DNA of 64,000 nucleotides from NCBI GenBank assembly GCA_051984555.1, contig JBPYEW010000225.1, positions 12,626-76,625 on the forward strand. Direction: 5' to 3'. The notes under the pieces were generated by a model. It was not told where the DNA came from, searched no databases, and worked only from the letters and a program-made list of their open reading frames with translations. The position numbers and the translations under genes were made by a program. Below are positions 8,623-15,893 of this stretch, one piece after another (position 1 is the stretch's first letter; the number at the start of each line of letters is the position of its first letter). This DNA comes from Terriglobales bacterium (lineage in GTDB: Bacteria > Acidobacteriota > Terriglobia > Terriglobales > Acidobacteriaceae).

Positions 8623-8651
8623 ATCCTATAGGCCACAACAAATCTCGTCAA
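8623..8651 (-). promoter_or_regulatory. Sigma-70-like promoter candidate for the leader/sir operon
   Basis: On the minus strand, TTGACG (8646-8651), a 17-nt spacer and TAGGAT (8623-8628). The leader ATG lies 9 nt downstream of the -10 element. Confidence 0.35.
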
Positions 8652-8812
8652 CAAACCGTTGGATGAATAATTCCGATCAAAAGAATCACAAAAAAGTGAA
8701 CCGTCGAGCCACACGTGTTCTCCCCCCTACAAGCAACCGACTGAAAGTACCGGCGTCCCGCCCGTATTGGCGCAAAAACATAGACAGTCTGTGTTTTGTT
8801 ATCAAAACAAGA

Positions 8813-9913
8813 CTAGGCGAGCGCCGGCAAGGGGCGGATCTGGATAAGCGGCCCATGCTTCTCGCCCTGTTCCCTGAGCAGCATATTCGCCGAGCGAATG
8901 CCAGTCCGCTGGAAAGACTTCTCGCAATCCGCCGTGGACGGACCGCGCATATTACCCTCCATGTAGGCGAGCCCTGGGCACCGCGTACATGTTCCGACAT
9001 GAGAGCAGGTCGAACACACTGGCAGGTCCTTGGCCCGAATCGATCGCACTTGCTCCAACTCAGGCGATCCTCGCCAGATGTCCAGAAACTTCTGGTGCCG
9101 CACATTTCCCGTCGGCAAAGGAAACTGAACGCAGGGAAATACGTCGCCATAAGGTGAGATGTAGCAGGCCGTATGCCCCGCACTGCACGGATATCCTTCC
9201 ATGATGTCCTCACCCGGCGGCGGAGGTGGTGCGCAAAATTCTTCTACATCGCCGACCAGGTCGGAATTCCTGAACACATTCTTCAGTTCCTCGCTCGGAG
9301 GCCTGAGTGCCAGGATGGATGTGTCACCATCAATCTTAGGCGTGATCGTGGGATCGAGCGTATAGTGCACACCTAATTCTTTCGCCAGTGCAATAACTCC
9401 CGCGCCGTCGCCCACATTCTCAGTCATCAGCACATTGGCCATCGTTACCTTGAGCCCCTGGGCTTTCAAGAAACGAATCGCTTCGACCGTATGCTTTAAC
9501 GATCCTGGCAGTTTGGTGATTCCATCATGCACTTCCGCTCGATGGGAATAAACACTGATCTGAATCTGTTCGACGCCCAGTTCGCGGATGCGCCGCGCTT
9601 CCGCTTCGCGAATCATCACCCCGTTGGTTTTGATCTTGACGTTGAACAGTAGTCGGCGCGCGTATGCGACGATCTCCAGGAAATCGCGACGCATGAAGAC
9701 TTCGCCGCCGCTTAGAACCAGGAAGAAAACCCCGGCCTCGGCCAACTGGTCAAGGACGTCCTTGATTTCCGCCGTGGTCATCTCCCCCAAATCATCATGA
9801 TCGAGATAGCAATGCACGCACCGCTCGTTACAGCGGTACGTCACGTCGACGTGAACACTGATCGGCACGCCTAACTCGAGCGCCCGGTAGTTCATCTGCG
9901 ACATCAGGTTCAT
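8813..9913 (-). CDS. Radical SAM / SPASM-domain peptide-modifying enzyme
   Basis: CX3CX2C motif in VDVTYRCNERCVHCY. The C-terminal region is Cys-rich and SPASM-like (CSAGHTACYISPYGDVFPC ... CSTCSHVGTCTRCPG ... DCEKS). It overlaps the upstream PqqD gene by 4 nt. Confidence 0.9.
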   Translation of the reverse strand: MNLMSQMNYRALELGVPISVHVDVTYRCNERCVHCYLDHDDLGEMTTAEIKDVLDQLAEAGVFFLVLSGGEVFMRRDFLEIVAYARRLLFNVKIKTNGVMIREAEARRIRELGVEQIQISVYSHRAEVHDGITKLPGSLKHTVEAIRFLKAQGLKVTMANVLMTENVGDGAGVIALAKELGVHYTLDPTITPKIDGDTSILALRPPSEELKNVFRNSDLVGDVEEFCAPPPPPGEDIMEGYPCSAGHTACYISPYGDVFPCVQFPLPTGNVRHQKFLDIWRGSPELEQVRSIRAKDLPVCSTCSHVGTCTRCPGLAYMEGNMRGPSTADCEKSFQRTGIRSANMLLREQGEKHGPLIQIRPLPALA

Positions 9914-10227
9914 TGCGCCCCCGGAGATGCGGCCGACGATTGTTCGATGGGAGTGTCGGAAACCAGCAGGATGCCATGCTGCGCCAAATCGTTCACGAAC
10001 TGCTCGGCATCCCGGCTGGCGTGTTCCTCGTCGATATCGAATCGCTCACAGATCTTCTGCGAAATGATGGTTGACAGGGGCGTGTGCCCATCCGCTGCTT
10101 GCCAGATTACGGTCGCCACTTCATTGAGCGTAAAGAACGTCGAGTCGGTTACCGACATTACCATCATCTCACCGCCCAGCATACGCGCGGCGATTTGCGT
10201 GCTCCTGGCTATGTATTTCTCTGTCAT
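9910..10227 (-). CDS. PqqD-family peptide chaperone (RiPP recognition element)
   Basis: The start is set at ATG 10227 (MTEKYIARS...), which forms an ATGA overlap with the kinase stop. The PqqD-like core is FFTLNEVATVIWQAADGHTPLSTIISQKICERFDID...FVNDLAQHGIL. Confidence 0.85.
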   Translation of the reverse strand: MTEKYIARSTQIAARMLGGEMMVMSVTDSTFFTLNEVATVIWQAADGHTPLSTIISQKICERFDIDEEHASRDAEQFVNDLAQHGILLVSDTPIEQSSAASPGAQ

Positions 10228-11045
10228 GACTGGCGAATCATCTCCCAAACCCGCTGATCCGGCACAAACGTCAAGCGCTTTACGGGAACGCTGGATACAA
10301 ATTCGCAAGCCGACTGGAACACCATCTTCACGAGTTCGGTGTCTTCCGCGAAGAACAAGATGTTTCGCAACAACAGCCGCGCTGCTTCTTTCACGTCAAT
10401 ATCCTCAACCCTGTTTGCCGGCCCTTTCGCCAGCAAAAACAGAGTCGAGACGGGTGCGGATTGGTTTTCCCCTGGCTTTGCCAGCTCCCCGGAAAACGGC
10501 GTTCCACATGCCCGATAACCGCCGCCCTCGCGGCGAACGTAAGACACCTCATCGGTCAGCAGAGTGACATCAGGCGGGGCTAATCTTGAGATCGTCGTTT
10601 TTCCCGCACCCGAAACTCCCGCGAACAGATACGCGCGTCCTCCACGTATCCCACTAGCCGCATGCAACAGAAAACCACCTTCTTCCGCCAGGATCAACGT
10701 ATGCACAATGCGCAACACCGAATCAATCGCGTACGGGCTGGCAGCTTGCCGTATTCGCCCCAGCGCCGACCTCGCGTCCCACTCCGCCTCAAAATCTCCG
10801 CGCTTCAAGTGCCAGTTTCCGTCGCGAACCTGCACGATCACATTCTCATCCGCGTCCTTGTCCTCCGAGGGCTCAAGGAGCTCGACATCGAACGCATACC
10901 GCGGCTGCTTGGAGTCGCCGATAAACCCGCTGTACCGGCTCTCGAGCATTCGCCGGAATCCTGAGTCCCCAGTGCGCAGTAATATTGGCATCCCGCCAAT
11001 ATCGATGGCCACTCCGGGTCTCTGATCGAGGCCGCTCATGCACAA
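10224..11045 (-). CDS. HPr-kinase-related serine kinase-like protein
   Basis: P-loop context LLHAASGIRGGRAYLFAGVSGAGKTTISRL...LLTDEVSYV resembles the HprK/P C-terminal catalytic domain. An alternative start lies at ATG 11039. It overlaps the end of the peptidase gene. Confidence 0.8.
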   Translation of the reverse strand: MCMSGLDQRPGVAIDIGGMPILLRTGDSGFRRMLESRYSGFIGDSKQPRYAFDVELLEPSEDKDADENVIVQVRDGNWHLKRGDFEAEWDARSALGRIRQAASPYAIDSVLRIVHTLILAEEGGFLLHAASGIRGGRAYLFAGVSGAGKTTISRLAPPDVTLLTDEVSYVRREGGGYRACGTPFSGELAKPGENQSAPVSTLFLLAKGPANRVEDIDVKEAARLLLRNILFFAEDTELVKMVFQSACEFVSSVPVKRLTFVPDQRVWEMIRQS

Positions 11046-11542
11046 TCTTCCTGCGCGGACAATGGATCGGGCTGAACTTCCCGAACCAGGGCGCGCCGCA
11101 ATCGCAATGCAATATTTACTGCAACAGCCGATCGACCTAGGAGCGCCCCTACGATACGATTCATCGGCGAACGCCGGCGCTCAGGCGTAATAGTTCGCCC
11201 TTTCCGCTCGATCAACGTCACTTTTCCAAGGAGTTCCGCTCCTGAAACGGGATCTGCGTGGGTCATCGAGTCTCCACGCGTGCTGAGTGGGTAAGAATTC
11301 CCATCCGCGATCAAAGTGAGTCGGTGAACCCGAAAGCCATCTTCGGCCAAGACCAGAACGATATCCCCGACGCAAATGTCCGCTGCCCGCTTGCTTTCGA
11401 TGCTGAGCACATCTCCCGGCCAAATGGTGGGAAGCATACTGGTCCCTTGCGCTTTCAACCGGATCCGGTTTCCGGAGCGCAGCACGTCGACCGCAAGAGT
11501 GAGCCTTGAGTTCTGGCGAGCCTCGATGGCGGTTACCATCAC
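11036..11542 (-). CDS. S24/S26-fold serine peptidase, signal-peptidase-like (Ser/His type), no N-terminal membrane anchor
   Basis: Ser box GTSMLPTIWPGDVL. VHRL sits where bacterial SPase I has the catalytic Lys (K-R-V/I). TRGDSMTHAD box present. The start is GTG 11542 or ATG 11539. The N-terminus is hydrophilic. Confidence 0.75.
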   Translation of the reverse strand: MMVTAIEARQNSRLTLAVDVLRSGNRIRLKAQGTSMLPTIWPGDVLSIESKRAADICVGDIVLVLAEDGFRVHRLTLIADGNSYPLSTRGDSMTHADPVSGAELLGKVTLIERKGRTITPERRRSPMNRIVGALLGRSAVAVNIALRLRRALVREVQPDPLSAQEDCA

Positions 11543-11549
11543 GCGTGGA

Positions 11550-11726
11550 TTATGAGAACTTCCGGTTGAACCGACATCCTTGCACGGTCGGGTGGATCTT
11601 GCCGCAAGCGAGCGCCATGGTTTCGAAGACCTTTTCGTGCTTGAACTCCGGCTTTTTGTACGGCCGCTTGGGCGTACCCTTCTGGTCAGCGATATTTTCG
11701 CTGGCTTTCTGGTTTTTTTCTCTCAT
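11550..11726 (-). CDS. Candidate RiPP precursor peptide (58 aa)
   Basis: The internal ATG 11726 of ORF 11550-11909 gives MREKNQKASENIADQKGTPKRPYKKPEFKHEKVFETMALACGKIHPTVQGCRFNRKFS. It is the first gene of the operon, and its stop lies 7 nt before the peptidase start. It has a charged leader, a YxxPxF motif, an AxA motif, two Cys and a C-terminal Ser. Confidence 0.6.
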   Translation of the reverse strand: MREKNQKASENIADQKGTPKRPYKKPEFKHEKVFETMALACGKIHPTVQGCRFNRKFS

Positions 11727-11907
11727 ATCTGTCCACACGCCCCCGCCGGGCTGGGCGACGATAAGGTGATGAGGTGCGTTGCCGCTAAGTGTATAACAAC
11801 TATAAAGTTTTGATAAGCAGTAATGTTCCGTCGGATGCACTCGAAGTACACCTTGGATGCCCACTCGCTCATCCCAATCTGTTAACGCGTTCAACCCCGA
11901 ATTCCGC

Positions 11908-12993
11908 ATGCTGCTTGCGTGCTGTCAACATACGTGTCGACGCCCGGAAATCGAACGCCTTGTGGATACCGTCGACTCAACCGTCCTTCTGGAACTTGCC
12001 GAAAAGCACGGGATAATCCCGCAGCTTCACCTCGGCCTCGCCGACTATTCAGCTCGCATTCCTGCCTGGGCGGACTTGCACAGTCTTTTTGAGAAAAATG
12101 CCCGGCGAGCACTTTGGCTTACCCAACTCTTGGAAAAAATCCTGGGTCTGCTGCATTCCCGTGAAATCGACGCTCTGCCCTACAAGGGTCCGGCCCTGGC
12201 ACAAGTCCTGTATGGTGACATCTCCATGCGTCAATACATGGACCTCGATATCCTGGTTCGCACCGCTTGCCTGCCCGCGGCCAACGACGCTTTACGGGAG
12301 ATCGGCCTCTCTCGCCACCTCCAGCTAAATCCGGCCGAAGAACAGGCTTTCGTCGATTCTCACTACGAATACGCTTTCGATGGATTCGGCGCACCCAACA
12401 TCGTCGAACTCCAGTGGCAAATTCTGCCGCGGTTCTACGCGATCGATCTAGAGGTCGAACCACTTTTCGACCGGGCTGTCACCGTTCCGCTCGGCGGGTC
12501 TCATGTGCGCTCTTTGTGCAACGAAGACCTCTTCCTGGTTTTGTGCATTCACGCTGCCAAGCATCTATGGGGACGGCTTTCCTGGATCCTGGACATCGCA
12601 CGACTAGCGGAAAGCGGTTCGATCGATTGGGACACGATCGACAAACGAGTTAAGAGCTTGGGTATAAGCAGGATTGTGGCAGTCTCGTGCGCCCTCGCCC
12701 GTTCGCTATTCGGGACCGAATATCCCGGTTCCACGAGCTTCGCGGTAGATGAAGATGTTGTCCGGTCGATCCTGCAGAGATTGCCGGCCGGCGAGCAACC
12801 CGACACAGAGTCCCCTGGTTATTTCCGTGAGATATTTCGCCTACGCGAGCGACGATCCGACCGCATTCGTTTCGTATTTCGCCTTGTGACCACTCCGAGT
12901 ATCAGCGAATGGAGCGTGGTTCGCCTCCCGCCATCGCTGTTTCCTCTCTATCGGGTCGTGCGGCTATTTCGACTGCTCGGCAAAATCGTCTAA
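11908..12993 (+). CDS. Uncharacterised nucleotidyltransferase family protein (PF14907-like)
   Basis: ORF 11857-12993. I prefer ATG 11908 because it avoids overlap with the divergent precursor region. The N-terminus (LLACC....E...L......W..LL.LA..HG..P.L) and the approximately 360-aa size are typical of this family. It is transcribed divergently from the RiPP operon. Confidence 0.7.
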   Translation: MLLACCQHTCRRPEIERLVDTVDSTVLLELAEKHGIIPQLHLGLADYSARIPAWADLHSLFEKNARRALWLTQLLEKILGLLHSREIDALPYKGPALAQVLYGDISMRQYMDLDILVRTACLPAANDALREIGLSRHLQLNPAEEQAFVDSHYEYAFDGFGAPNIVELQWQILPRFYAIDLEVEPLFDRAVTVPLGGSHVRSLCNEDLFLVLCIHAAKHLWGRLSWILDIARLAESGSIDWDTIDKRVKSLGISRIVAVSCALARSLFGTEYPGSTSFAVDEDVVRSILQRLPAGEQPDTESPGYFREIFRLRERRSDRIRFVFRLVTTPSISEWSVVRLPPSLFPLYRVVRLFRLLGKIV

Positions 12994-13000
12994 TCGGGCG

Positions 13001-13804
13001 TCATTTCGCATTGGCTTTGGCCCGTGCCAGCCCTGCGCGCAATGCCCGCTCAACGATCCGAGCGTGTCCGGCGTCCTCCATCGCTTTAGTCACAGTTGCG
13101 GCAATGCCGCCAGGCGTAGCCGCTTCGTGCAGCAGTTCGTCGAGCGGGATACCGCCCTCCCGCCAAGAAACAACGCCTTCTCCCAAGGCATGGGCCGCGG
13201 CCATCAACGCCGTCTTTCGATCCAAGCCGATCCGCTCGGCCGCCTTCGCCAGCGTCGCCAGCGCGTGATACCCGTGACTGACGGAATATGTGACCGTAAA
13301 TGCATCGAACTTTTTCTCGGAGATTTCCAACACGCTTCCTACTCTTCCGAAGAAATCTCGCACTTCTTCTTTCGCCCGGGTTGGCGTCCCGGGCGGGAAA
13401 GTTAATGCAGTGAGTCCCTTTCCAAAGCGGCAGGTGGGACTCGGCATGGCACGCACCCAGGCGACTCGGCTGCCTAGCTGGCGCCGGAGCTGGCGAAGCG
13501 GGATCCCAGCCGCCACGCTCACGGCAGTCACGGCACGCGGGATATCCTCGATCTCCGACAGCAAGTCCCGCACCGAGTCTGGACGGACGGCAACCATCAG
13601 CAAGCGCCCCGGTGCAACCGCTCGCTGCAGATCTGATTCAGTTTTGACCCCGAATCTTCTCTTCAGTAGACGGAGTTTCTCAGGGTTGCGATCGTAGACC
13701 AGGATCGGTTGGGCATACGATGCTAGCCGCAATCCTGAAATCAACGCAGTCGTGATCCGGCCGCCGCCGAGGAAAACTGTCGCGCTATTCACAGCGAGGC
13801 GCAT
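13001..13804 (-). CDS. Pyrroline-5-carboxylate reductase-like NAD(P)H oxidoreductase
   Basis: N-terminal Rossmann motif VFLGGGRITTALISGL. The C-terminal P5CR dimerisation domain carries TPGGIAATV. It overlaps the upstream aminotransferase gene by 16 nt. Confidence 0.8.
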   Translation of the reverse strand: MRLAVNSATVFLGGGRITTALISGLRLASYAQPILVYDRNPEKLRLLKRRFGVKTESDLQRAVAPGRLLMVAVRPDSVRDLLSEIEDIPRAVTAVSVAAGIPLRQLRRQLGSRVAWVRAMPSPTCRFGKGLTALTFPPGTPTRAKEEVRDFFGRVGSVLEISEKKFDAFTVTYSVSHGYHALATLAKAAERIGLDRKTALMAAAHALGEGVVSWREGGIPLDELLHEAATPGGIAATVTKAMEDAGHARIVERALRAGLARAKANAK

Positions 13805-15132
13805 GCCTCGTCTGCTGCACGGATCAAGGTTTCGACATCGCTTTGCGTGTGAGCGGTGCTGATAATCCAGTGCAGCCCATTGGAAGGCGTCATGTAGATC
13901 CCGCGGCCGAGCAGCGCCTGCACGAAGCGGCTGTACTTCGCGGTATCCACGTACGAGCAGTAGTCGCGGTAGTCTCGTATTTCATCGCGTGCCGTGAAGT
14001 AGATCTGAAACATCGGCCCAAACCCTTGCACTATGGCCTTCAATTTTCGACGCGTGAAGACCTCCCGTAAACCGGCAATGGCGCTATCGCCGATCACATG
14101 CAGTTGCCGGTAGGCCCCGTGGTCGCCCGCAGAAAGCAGGTCGAGATTCGTCGCCACCACCTTCATCGTTAATCGATGTCCGTTAAAGGTCCCGTAATGC
14201 AGAACCATGTGATCGCCCCATCGCATACGGTCGAGAATTGAACGCGAACCTGCGACCGCTCCAATCGGGAACCCGGCGCCAAGAGCCTTTCCGAACGTGC
14301 TGATATCGGGCTTAACTCCGTAGTATTCCTGGCACCCTCCCGGTGCGTAACGGAATCCCGTCACAACTTCATCGAGAACCAGCAAGGCGCCGTACTCCCG
14401 TGTGATCTCTCGTACCTTCTGCAGGTAGCCCTCTTTCGGCAGAATGCAGCCCATGTTCGCCATGATGGGCTCGGTGATCACTGCAGCCAGATCCCGACCG
14501 TGCTGTTCCATCACCCGCTCAAATGCTTCCACATCGTTCCATGGCGTAATCACCACGTCATCGAACGTTGCCGGCGGGATCCCTTCTGAGTCCGGAATAC
14601 GTGCCGGATTTTCACGCGGACCTAACTGTTCCGGCGGATGACTATGTGCATTGAGAAGGTAGGGATCGTACCAGCCGTGATAATGGCCTTCGAATTTCAG
14701 AAATTTTGTCCGACCCGTATGCGCTCGCGCTAACCGCAGCGCCAGCATAGTCGCTTCGCTCCCGGTGTTCGCGAAACGCACGCTTTCCGCCGACGGCACC
14801 ATGCGCTGGAATTTCTCGGCTGCCTCAACTTCCGCTGAAGTGGCTGCCGCAAAGTGCGAACCTTCCGCCACGCTCTCGGACACGACCTGGACGATCCGCG
14901 GGTGCGCGTGGCCTTGGATCAGGGCACCGAACGACATCATGAAATCGACATACTCGTTTGCATCCGCGTCCCACACGTGCGATCCCCGACCGCGCTCCAG
15001 CACGATTGGGCCGCCCGAGTACACCGCCGACCCTCGTGACGGCGAATTCACCCCCTCGACCAGCGTTTGCTGTGCCCGTTCAAACCACTGCCGGGAGCGG
15101 TCCAATTTGCGTGACTCGGTGGTGGAACTCAT
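13789..15132 (-). CDS. Class III PLP aminotransferase (glutamate-1-semialdehyde aminomutase-like)
   Basis: VNSPSRGS, FANTGSEATMLALRLARAHTGR, LVLDEVVTGFR and the PLP-Lys context DISTFGKALGAGFP are all present. Confidence 0.9.
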   Translation of the reverse strand: MSSTTESRKLDRSRQWFERAQQTLVEGVNSPSRGSAVYSGGPIVLERGRGSHVWDADANEYVDFMMSFGALIQGHAHPRIVQVVSESVAEGSHFAAATSAEVEAAEKFQRMVPSAESVRFANTGSEATMLALRLARAHTGRTKFLKFEGHYHGWYDPYLLNAHSHPPEQLGPRENPARIPDSEGIPPATFDDVVITPWNDVEAFERVMEQHGRDLAAVITEPIMANMGCILPKEGYLQKVREITREYGALLVLDEVVTGFRYAPGGCQEYYGVKPDISTFGKALGAGFPIGAVAGSRSILDRMRWGDHMVLHYGTFNGHRLTMKVVATNLDLLSAGDHGAYRQLHVIGDSAIAGLREVFTRRKLKAIVQGFGPMFQIYFTARDEIRDYRDYCSYVDTAKYSRFVQALLGRGIYMTPSNGLHWIISTAHTQSDVETLIRAADEACASL

Positions 15133-15893
15133 CAGTCCGCCGTGCCGCCTCCATCGACCGCCACTGCCGCACCTGTCATGAAAGACGAATCATCTGACGC
15201 CAGAAACAGCACTACCTTGGCAATTTCCTCGGGACTGCCAACTCTTCCCATGGGACGATTGGCCGCGCCGGCCATGTAATCCTCCCAGCGCAGCCCTCGA
15301 AACTGCGCATCCTGCGGCAGCATCGGCGTATCGACGTCTCCCGGGCAAACGCAATTCACGCGAATACCTTGCCTGCCGTGATCAATAGCCATGGCTTTCG
15401 TAAGCAGAACAATGCCCCCTTTCGCGGCACAATACGCCACGGCCTTGTCGCCGCCAACCAGTCCCCAACCCGAACTGTTGTTGACGATCACTCCCCCGCC
15501 CTGCCGGATCATGTGTGGCAGGACATACTTCGACATGAGGAATGTACCTTTCAGGCTGACGTCGATCTGCTCGTCCCATTCTTTTTCCGTGCACTCGATG
15601 GCATCGTGCGCGTAGAAAACACCGGCATTATTGAACAAGATGTCGACTTGACCGAATTTCCTCACGGTCTCTTCCACTACGCGTTGGCAATCTTCGGATC
15701 GGGAAACATCCGTCTTGATGAACAGACTTGAGACAGAATTGCCAATCCTGTCGCTTACTGCTTTGCCCCGATCCAGGTTCCGTCCTGTGATGACAACCTT
15801 GGCGCCCTCTTTCGCAAACAACTCTGCCGTGGCCGCCCCAATTCCAGATGTCCCGCCAGTGATAATCGCGATCTTGTCTTGCAGGCGCATCAC
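15132..15893 (-). CDS. Short-chain dehydrogenase/reductase (SDR)
   Basis: TGGTSGIGAA cofactor motif, NNAG, and catalytic YCAAKGG (YxxxK). Confidence 0.9.
   Translation of the reverse strand: MMRLQDKIAIITGGTSGIGAATAELFAKEGAKVVITGRNLDRGKAVSDRIGNSVSSLFIKTDVSRSEDCQRVVEETVRKFGQVDILFNNAGVFYAHDAIECTEKEWDEQIDVSLKGTFLMSKYVLPHMIRQGGGVIVNNSSGWGLVGGDKAVAYCAAKGGIVLLTKAMAIDHGRQGIRVNCVCPGDVDTPMLPQDAQFRGLRWEDYMAGAANRPMGRVGSPEEIAKVVLFLASDDSSFMTGAAVAVDGGGTAD

Noticed and set aside
8451-8660. Possibility that the sir leader is a metabolite riboswitch (for example a SAM-type one).
   Set aside because: I could not find the conserved cores I know for SAM-I, SAM-II or other sulfur-related riboswitches. The Cys-codon-rich ORF with alternative pairings explains the structure better. 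An Rfam/Infernal scan would settle this.
8663-9213. ORFs 8663-9157 (+) and 8686-9213 (-) overlapping the 3' end of the radical SAM gene and the intergenic region.
   Set aside because: They are Arg-rich with no motifs, and they overlap the SPASM-domain coding frame, which is clearly genuine.
11727-11909. The N-terminal 61 codons of the 119-aa ORF 11550-11909, which would extend the RiPP precursor.
   Set aside because: This part overlaps the divergent nucleotidyltransferase start and an AT-rich promoter-like region. It also has non-coding-like composition. Only the C-terminal 58 codons, starting at ATG 11726, carry features matching the neighbouring enzymes.
8813-12993. Interpretation of the RiPP locus as a lasso peptide cluster.
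   Set aside because: The window has no asparagine-synthetase-like cyclase and no small transglutaminase-like B2 protease. The precursor lacks the Gly/Ala-1 plus Asp/Glu-7 to 9 macrolactam pattern, and its core starts with Cys and has no acidic residue.
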